Of a stretch of 64,000 nucleotides of DNA, positions 58,050 through 64,000 are shown one piece after another (the first letter of the stretch is position 1; the number at the start of each line of letters is the position of its first letter). The stretch is from Acidobacteriota bacterium (GTDB lineage Bacteria > Acidobacteriota > Vicinamibacteria > Vicinamibacterales > UBA2999). The notes beneath the pieces are model-generated. The model did not search any database and was not told the DNA's origin. It saw only the letters and a list, made by a program, of their open reading frames with translations. Both the position numbers and the translations under genes were made by a program. The DNA is taken from positions 23,075 through 87,074 of the forward strand of contig JBQTIE010000084.1 in assembly GCA_052389315.1 (NCBI GenBank), read 5' to 3'.

Positions 58050-58079
58050 GGTCCAGATCGAGGACAGCTCGTCACACAG

Positions 58080-58154
58080 TGGTTGGGGCGGAAGGATTCG
58101 AACCTTCGAATACGGGTTCCAAAGACCCGCGCCTTACCGCTTGGCCACGCCCCA
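58080..58154 (-). tRNA. trnQ: tRNA-Gln (TTG)
   Basis: TGGGGCG/CGCCCCA acceptor, anticodon loop CTTTGGA, T-loop TTCGAAT, encoded CCA. 75 nt. Confidence 0.92.
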
Positions 58155-58187
58155 GTGGGAATTCCTTTGCTGGTGCAATCGTTTAGC

Positions 58188-59117
58188 TTATACGAGCGGC
58201 TCGGCGCCCGCAAGCGCCGGACGAAGCCGCAGGCCGTACTCCGCACGCGACACGGTCCGTGTATACCGCACATGCCACCCCGGGCGCGACAGGTCCTGGG
58301 CGGTGCGTTTGGCCGCGTCATCCCGCTCGAACAGGCCGAAAACCGCCGATCCCGACCCCGACATCGCCGCAAACACCGCGCCAGCCTCCATGAGCGCCTG
58401 CTTGATCCGGGCGATCGGCGGATGCCGCCGCGCCACCACGTCTTCCAGGTCGTTGCGCAGTCCCGCGGTCCACGTCGGCCAATGGGCCGGCAGGCCTTGC
58501 CGATCGGACCGCGCCGTGCGACGCCGGCGTGGTTCGTTGTCGAACCAGCCGTAGGCGTCGGCCGTCGAGACGCCGAATTGCGGGCGGACCACGACCACGT
58601 GCGTCCGCGGCAGATCCGTGAGCGGGTAGATGTCATCACCGCGCCCGAGTCCCAGCGCCGTGCCGCCAACCAGGAAGAACGGCACGTCGGCTCCCAACGC
58701 GCCCGCGAGGCGGGCCAGTGTCGGCAGGTCGAGGTCGAGCCGCCAGAGGCGCGCCAGTCCGAGTAGCGCCATCGCGCCGTCGGCGCTGCCGCCGCCGAGC
58801 CCCGCCTCCTGAGGGATGCGCTTCTTGAGCGTGACGAGCGCGTCACGGGGCTCCTGACTCGCGCGCCTCAGTCCCCTGCGCCACAGCAGCGTCGCCGCCC
58901 TCCAGATCAGATTGCGCTGGTCGGTCGGGATCGTCGGATCATCGCATTCGATGACGAACGCGCCGCGCCGCGCGGTAACGGTAATCACATCGTAGAGGGC
59001 GACCGACTGAAACACCGTGCGGAGATCATGGAACCCGTCCGGGCGGACGCCAAGGATGCGCAGATCGAGGTTGATCTTGGCAAACGCCGGCAGCGTGATC
59101 GACGACGAGGTGGGCAC
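58188..59117 (-). CDS. ispE: 4-diphosphocytidyl-2-C-methyl-D-erythritol kinase
   Basis: 309 aa with AFAKINLDLRILG and the GHMP kinase motif GLGGGSADGA. Confidence 0.92.
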   Translation of the reverse strand: MPTSSSITLPAFAKINLDLRILGVRPDGFHDLRTVFQSVALYDVITVTARRGAFVIECDDPTIPTDQRNLIWRAATLLWRRGLRRASQEPRDALVTLKKRIPQEAGLGGGSADGAMALLGLARLWRLDLDLPTLARLAGALGADVPFFLVGGTALGLGRGDDIYPLTDLPRTHVVVVRPQFGVSTADAYGWFDNEPRRRRTARSDRQGLPAHWPTWTAGLRNDLEDVVARRHPPIARIKQALMEAGAVFAAMSGSGSAVFGLFERDDAAKRTAQDLSRPGWHVRYTRTVSRAEYGLRLRPALAGAEPLV

Positions 59118-59121
59118 GGGA

Positions 59122-59946
59122 TCAGTCGGATCCTTTGAGGGGCGCCACCGCGCGCAACTCCTCGAGGGTCAGCGGCACGGCGTCGGGGGGCACGTCCACG
59201 ACGAACGCGCGGTCGGAGATGCCGGTATTGATATTCACTTGCGCCAACCTCGCCGTCAGATCGACGCGGCCGTCATCCGCGCTGCGAATGCGGACGAGGC
59301 GGGGACGGCCGGCGAGGTGGTCCGCGTAGTCCACGCGCCACGATCGAAAATCCGCCGCGACCACCGCCGGCGCGGCATCGACGCGCTTCAGGTACGCCGT
59401 CACGCCGGCATCGAGCGTCACGGCCTGCCAACCGCCCGACCAGGACCGCCCCTCCTGCGGCGGGGAGTCCGACAGGCAGCTCGTCAGGATCAGCCGCACG
59501 TCTTGTGCCGACAAGGCGATGCCGGTCAACCGCTCCAGCACTTGCGGAACCGCAGCGTCCGCGAGCACGCGCGAGTCGCGGGGAAACAGGAGCGTGGCTC
59601 GATCATTCTGCCCCGCCAGGATGAACACCGGGGGACCAAACGGCGCGACGGCCTCGAAGCGGATGGAAGCCGGTGCCGCAAGCCCCGCGTGAAGCGTGCC
59701 GCGAATCTTGTCCGTTCCCGCGCGGCCCGTGAGCCGCAGCTCGCCGGTCACCGTCCGGAGCCCGACACACGGCCTCGTCGCCTGCGCGAAGGCGTCGAGC
59801 GCCGACTGATCCGGCATCGGCGGGCCGACGGGGCGCGCGGGGGCTCGAGCGGCGCAGGCGGCCAGCATCGCCACTCCCGCCAGGCCGATCGCCAGACGGC
59901 CGGCGACCACCCGCGGCTGCCCCGCGGCGAGTGGCGCCACCCTCAC
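59122..59946 (-). CDS. LolB-like outer-membrane lipoprotein (putative)
   Basis: 274 aa with lipobox MLAAC. It sits immediately upstream of ispE-prs, the position of lolB in E. coli. The sequence pattern is compatible with a LolA/LolB-type fold, but this is not verified. Confidence 0.5.
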   Translation of the reverse strand: MRVAPLAAGQPRVVAGRLAIGLAGVAMLAACAARAPARPVGPPMPDQSALDAFAQATRPCVGLRTVTGELRLTGRAGTDKIRGTLHAGLAAPASIRFEAVAPFGPPVFILAGQNDRATLLFPRDSRVLADAAVPQVLERLTGIALSAQDVRLILTSCLSDSPPQEGRSWSGGWQAVTLDAGVTAYLKRVDAAPAVVAADFRSWRVDYADHLAGRPRLVRIRSADDGRVDLTARLAQVNINTGISDRAFVVDVPPDAVPLTLEELRAVAPLKGSD

Positions 59947-61502
59947 GGTTTGCGGCCTCGAGCGCCCTTGATCTTCAGCTCGATCGTCGCCCGATCGATG
60001 TCCTCACCGTCTCCGGCCAGGGCGCGCTCCCATGCGGCCACGGCATCCTGATACCGCTTGAGGCCCGCGAGCACGTCCCCGAAGTGATCCTGAATCACCG
60101 ACTGGCTGGGCAGCGCAGTGGCGGCTTTTCGCAAGTACGGTTCGGCGTCGAGGTGGCGTCCCTGCTTGAACAGCGCCCACCCCATGCTGTCGAGAAACGC
60201 TGGATTGTCGGGATCGATCTTGAGCGCGCGCTCGATAAAGGCCACCGCATCGGCGAGACGCTCGCCACGGTCGGCCAGCGCATACCCCAGCGAGTTGAGC
60301 GCATTGGCGCTCAGCGGATCGCTGGCGATCGCCGCGGTCAGCACGCGCACGGCGGCCTCATGCTCACCCAGTTCGGAGTGCGCATGGGCGAGCTGTGACA
60401 GCAGGAACGCCGCGTAGCCTTCGCGTCCCTTCGCGCGGGAGGCGTCCTTCTCGAGCGGCGCGAGCAGGTCGACCACCGCACGATGGGCGCCCCGGGCCGA
60501 CAGGGCGGCCGACTGGGCATGCAGACCTTCGAGGCTGCCCGGGTTGAGGGCGAGCAGCTTCAGCGCCGCGGCTTCGGCCCCCTCGACATCCCCCAGCTGC
60601 AGGCTGGCCGACGACAGGAGAAACAGCCCGCGCGCATCGTCCGGGCGCGTGACGAGAAGGTCCCTGAGGCCGTCGCGCGCACGCGCGGCCGCCTGCCTGC
60701 CCGGAACGTTCAAGAGCGCGGCGGCCCATCGAAGCTGCAGATCGCGCGACGCCAAACGCGGGTTCGCCAGGGCACGCTCGTACGCGTTGGCCGCCTCCTC
60801 CCATTGCTGCTGGCGTTCGTACAACTCACCGAGCGACACATAGTGCCGGGGATTGCGAGCACCGGCGGCCTCGAGGGCCTCGACCGCCTTCTCTACGTCG
60901 CCCATCACGAGGCGGGCATCGGCCAGCAACGTGAACGGTTCGGCGGCGAAGGGCACCTGCGAGATGATGCTTTCGAGGATCGGAACCGCCCGGTCGCCAC
61001 GCCGGGCCTGCACCAACAGACGCGCGAGCGTCAGTTGCAGGTCCAGCGCCGTCGCCATCGTTGGCGTGTCGAGAATCTTCAGCAGGTGATCAATCGCTTG
61101 CGTGCGCATCTGATCTCGCGTGCGCCCACCAAGGGACCGCCCTCCCGAGTCCACCGCCGCCGCCAGCATCTGACCAAGGACCAGATGCGCCTCCAGGTTC
61201 TCCGGGTTGATCACGAGGGCACGCTCGCCGGCCTCGAGCGCGGCCTCCGCCTTGTCGTGTTTGGAATAGAAGGACGCAAGCTCCGCCACGATGTCGGCCG
61301 AGGTGGGATCCAGGGCTTGTGCACGCTGGAGGGCGTCGAGCGCCGCCGCGACGTCCCCGCGTTCCTCCAGATACCGGGCGAGGACGAACTCGTAGTAGGC
61401 GTCCGCTTTCGCCGTCGCCGCCGGACTCGATCGTGCGACCGGTTGCGCCACCGCCGGGTGGGCCCACCACAGCACGACCGCGACGAGCAGGATCCTGGGC
61501 AT
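59943..61502 (-). CDS. Secreted TPR-repeat protein
   Basis: 519 aa with a signal peptide (MPRILLVAVVLWWAHPAVAQP) and multiple TPR units throughout. 4-nt overlap with the downstream lipoprotein gene. Confidence 0.75.
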   Translation of the reverse strand: MPRILLVAVVLWWAHPAVAQPVARSSPAATAKADAYYEFVLARYLEERGDVAAALDALQRAQALDPTSADIVAELASFYSKHDKAEAALEAGERALVINPENLEAHLVLGQMLAAAVDSGGRSLGGRTRDQMRTQAIDHLLKILDTPTMATALDLQLTLARLLVQARRGDRAVPILESIISQVPFAAEPFTLLADARLVMGDVEKAVEALEAAGARNPRHYVSLGELYERQQQWEEAANAYERALANPRLASRDLQLRWAAALLNVPGRQAAARARDGLRDLLVTRPDDARGLFLLSSASLQLGDVEGAEAAALKLLALNPGSLEGLHAQSAALSARGAHRAVVDLLAPLEKDASRAKGREGYAAFLLSQLAHAHSELGEHEAAVRVLTAAIASDPLSANALNSLGYALADRGERLADAVAFIERALKIDPDNPAFLDSMGWALFKQGRHLDAEPYLRKAATALPSQSVIQDHFGDVLAGLKRYQDAVAAWERALAGDGEDIDRATIELKIKGARGRKP

Positions 61503-61600
61503 TCCCAGATCTTAGTCCGTTCGGCGCCCGATTTCCCCCCGCCTGTCGGCGCTCGCCGGCCCTGCCCCACGTGCCCGAGGTCTGGAGGTATAGTGCTTTC

Positions 61601-61771
61601 ATGCCGATCGACCCGGAACTGCTGGAGATCCTGGCGTGCCCGGCCTGCAGGGCGCCCGTCGACCTCGTCAAGGACGATACGGCGCTGAAGTGCCGCGACT
61701 GCCACCGTGTGTATCCGATCAAGGACGAGATTCCGGTGATGCTGATCGACGAGGCGACGGTCGAGCCCTGA
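61601..61771 (+). CDS. Trm112/YcaR (UPF0434) family zinc-ribbon-like protein
   Basis: 56 aa: MPIDPELLEILACPACRAPVDLVKDDTALKCRDCHRVYPIKDEIPVMLIDEA. GGAGG lies 12 nt upstream of the ATG. Confidence 0.85.
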   Translation: MPIDPELLEILACPACRAPVDLVKDDTALKCRDCHRVYPIKDEIPVMLIDEATVEP

Positions 61772-62844
61772 AAATCCTGCTGATCCGCCTGCGCCTGATT
61801 GGCGACGTCGTGTTCACGACGCCGGCCGTGGCGGCCCTCCGGCGGCGTTTTCCGAGTGCGGAGATCGTGTATCTGGTCGAACAGGAAGCAGAGCCGATCG
61901 TCCGGCAGAACCCCCACCTCGACCGGGTCATCGCCGCGGCGCGGCCACGAGGCCTCGGACGATTCTCTTACGACCTCCGGCTCGCGTGGCAGCTCCGCCG
62001 CGAGCGCTTTGATGTCGTCGTCGACTTTCACGGCGGGCCTCGCAGCGCGTGGTTGACCGCGGCGACGGGAGCTCGACGACGACTCGGCTACGCCGTGCCC
62101 TGGCGGCAATGGGCGTACACCGAATTGCACCCGTGGACGCCGTCTCTCGTGCCGCCGCGACACTCGGTCGTCAATCAGTGGGATCTGGCGGCCATGCTCG
62201 GCGTCCCGCCCGCCGAAGTCGAAAGCACCCCGGTAGCAATGACGGCGGACGGGCTGGCCACGGCCAGGGTCGATCGACGACTCGCCGACGCGGGGGTGCC
62301 GCCCGACGCCGCCATCGTGGTCGTCCATGTGAGCGCCGGCAACCCCTTTCGGCGTTGGCCGCCCGCGCATTTTGCGACGGCGATCGCGGCGCTGGCGCGC
62401 CGCGACTCAGGGCGCCGGATTATCATCACGTCGGGGCCCTCGGAGCAAGGCGCGGCGCTGGAGGTGGCGACCCAGGCGCGCGGCCTGGCGGGACACGCTG
62501 GCGAGGGCGTGGTCACCTGCGGGGAGTTTGACTTGTCGGAACTACGCGCCCTGGTCGGACGGGCGGCCTTGTACATCGGGGGCGACAGCGGGCCGCTGCA
62601 CGTGGCCGCGACCAGTCGCGTGCCGATTGTGGCGATCTTCGGGCCCACGCTGCCCGGGCGGTCGATGCCCTGGCGGGGGGACGCGGGCACGGCGCTGGCG
62701 GTCGAGGCTGGGCCACTCCCCTGCCGGCCGTGTCATCAGCGCCGGTGTGAACCCGGCGATTTCAGGTGTCTCACGCGCATCGAGCCGGGGCGCGTGGTCG
62801 AGGCCGCCGAGCGACTGTTGAGTTCGGAGACGCACGGACCGTGA
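61768..62844 (+). CDS. Glycosyltransferase family 9 (LPS heptosyltransferase-like); start codon uncertain
   Basis: Homology begins at LKILLIRLRLIGDVVFTTPA (CTG 61768) and includes GGDSGPLHVAAT. The only canonical in-frame starts (GTG 61636, 61690) lie inside the Trm112 gene. Confidence 0.85.
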   Translation: MKILLIRLRLIGDVVFTTPAVAALRRRFPSAEIVYLVEQEAEPIVRQNPHLDRVIAAARPRGLGRFSYDLRLAWQLRRERFDVVVDFHGGPRSAWLTAATGARRRLGYAVPWRQWAYTELHPWTPSLVPPRHSVVNQWDLAAMLGVPPAEVESTPVAMTADGLATARVDRRLADAGVPPDAAIVVVHVSAGNPFRRWPPAHFATAIAALARRDSGRRIIITSGPSEQGAALEVATQARGLAGHAGEGVVTCGEFDLSELRALVGRAALYIGGDSGPLHVAATSRVPIVAIFGPTLPGRSMPWRGDAGTALAVEAGPLPCRPCHQRRCEPGDFRCLTRIEPGRVVEAAERLLSSETHGP

Positions 62845-64000
62845 CGACGCTCAGCCTCGCGGCGGGTGCCGCCCGCAGCGACCGCCTCGATCGGGTCGGG
62901 TTCTTCGCGCTCGCGGGCACGGTGGCCGCGGCACAGCTGTCGATCGCCATCTCACAGATCCTGTTGAGTGTCGCGGGATTGTGCTGGCTGGCCGCGCACC
63001 TCTCCCGGAAAGAGCGCCTCGACGCGCCGGCGTTCTTCTGGCCGCTGGTGGGCTACGCGGCGCTGACGCTGCTCTCCGCGGGCTTTTCCCGCGACCCCGT
63101 CGTCAGCGTCACCGACTGCAAGCAGCTGTCGCTGTTCGCGCTGGTCCCGGTCGTCTACGACTACGGACGAGGCCCGCGCGCGCGGACGCTGCTCCAGATC
63201 GTCATCACGGTCGGCGCCGTCAGCGCCATCTACGGCGTCGTCCAGTACGGCGTGCTCGACTACGACAGCACCGGCCGGCGCGTGCAGGGAACGCTCTCGC
63301 ACTGGATGACCTACTCCGGCACCTTGATGCTGGTCATCTGCGCCACGGTGGCCAGGCTGCTCTTCGAGTCGCGCGACCGCGGCTGGGCGCTCATCGTCAT
63401 GCCGGCACTCGTGGTGAGCCTGTTGATCACGTTCACGCGGAGCGCCATGGTCGGTGTCATGGCCGGCGTCGGCATGCTGTTCATGCTTCGCGACTTTCGC
63501 CTAGTGGCGCTTCTGCCGATCGTGGCCGCGGTGGTGATGGCGGTGGGGCCTTCGACGTTGACCGATCGCATCTATTCGATCGTGGATCTGAACGATCCGA
63601 CGAGCCGCGACCGCGTCGCGATGCTGCAGGCGGGAGCGGCCATCGTCAGCGACTACCCGCTGACCGGAGTCGGCCCCGACATGATCGGGCGCGTCTATCC
63701 CGATTACCGCGTCGCGACGGCCGTCCAGGAGCAGAACATGCACCTGCACAACGTGCCGATGCAGATCGCGGCCGAGCGTGGCCTGCCGGCCCTGCTGCTG
63801 TGGCTCTGGTTCGTCGGGCGCGCGATTGGCGGCTTGCGGCCGATGGTCAGCCGGCCGCGCCAGCGCGTGCTGGCGGCGTCGGCGCTCGGGGCCGTCGTGG
63901 CGATGCTCACGGCCGGGCTCTTCGAGTTCAACTTCGGCGATTCCGAGTTCCTGATGCTCTTCCTGGTGCTCTTGACGCTGCCGTTTGCGGCCAATCGGGA
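62841..64000 (+). CDS. O-antigen ligase (Wzy_C/WaaL-like) family membrane protein, 3' partial
   Basis: Not in the ORF track because there is no stop in the window. GTG 62841 forms a GTGA overlap with the GT9 stop. My own translation is open to the window end and contains TFTRSAMVG and HLHNVPMQIAAERG. Confidence 0.75.
   Translation, partial: MTTLSLAAGAARSDRLDRVGFFALAGTVAAAQLSIAISQILLSVAGLCWLAAHLSRKERLDAPAFFWPLVGYAALTLLSAGFSRDPVVSVTDCKQLSLFALVPVVYDYGRGPRARTLLQIVITVGAVSAIYGVVQYGVLDYDSTGRRVQGTLSHWMTYSGTLMLVICATVARLLFESRDRGWALIVMPALVVSLLITFTRSAMVGVMAGVGMLFMLRDFRLVALLPIVAAVVMAVGPSTLTDRIYSIVDLNDPTSRDRVAMLQAGAAIVSDYPLTGVGPDMIGRVYPDYRVATAVQEQNMHLHNVPMQIAAERGLPALLLWLWFVGRAIGGLRPMVSRPRQRVLAASALGAVVAMLTAGLFEFNFGDSEFLMLFLVLLTLPFAANR

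Noticed and set aside
61636-61767. Upstream GTG starts for the GT9 gene.
   Set aside because: They would place 44 (GTG 61636) or 26 (GTG 61690) non-homologous residues entirely inside the Trm112-like gene in another frame. They are kept only as an alternative in the corresponding finding.

Overview
Very GC-rich bacterial chromosome segment, possibly Acidobacteriota-like, though I cannot verify the lineage. It is almost entirely core housekeeping sequence, mostly transcribed on the minus strand. The layout is as follows.

- **1-15404:** a nearly gap-free str/S10/spc run: rpsL-rpsG-fusA-rpsJ-rplCDWB-rpsS-rplV-rpsC-rplP-rpmC-rpsQ-rplNXE-rpsN-rpsH-rplFR-rpsE-rpmD-rplO-secY-map-infA-rpmJ. There is no tuf after fusA and no adk after secY.
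- **15.4-27.4 kb:** a roughly 12-kb non-ribosomal block lies between rpsL and rpoC. It holds a di-haem cytochrome c, a TPR protein, a histidine kinase/OmpR pair, a TauE-like permease, a non-canonical Nramp-family transporter, a benzoate-CoA-ligase-like enzyme, an arylsulfotransferase-like protein and a GT-C-like membrane protein.
- **27454-41385:** the classic cluster tRNA-Thr/Tyr/Gly/Thr-tuf-rpmG-tRNA-Trp-secE-nusG-rplKAJL-rpoBC.
- **41.5-61.5 kb:** rlmB, gltX, ispDF, a B3/B4 protein, DedA, a DAACS symporter, plsC, a PIN/TRAM protein, radA, alr, dnaB, rplI-rpsR-rpsF, pth, ctc, prs, tRNA-Gln, ispE, a LolB-like lipoprotein and a TPR protein.
- **61.6-64.0 kb:** an LPS-type cluster on the plus strand: Trm112-like, GT9 heptosyltransferase and a partial O-antigen ligase.

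I see no CRISPR array, prophage, integrase or transposase, toxin-antitoxin pair, or recognisable defence system, and no convincing novel multi-gene system.

The most interesting signals are small-scale:
- a CTAG-bounded 89-nt double-hairpin repeat family with an associated palindromic module, present at three intergenic sites;
- an eight-cysteine (double zinc-ribbon-like) insertion in the N-terminal part of RpoB;
- a heptanucleotide (AACTCAC)n tract that forms the entire 5' leader of ctc, with no Shine-Dalgarno;
- a LolB-like lipoprotein in the lolB-ispE-prs position.

Many long ORFs in the supplied track are antisense or read-through artefacts of the high GC content. Several gene starts were trimmed by homology to known N-termini.
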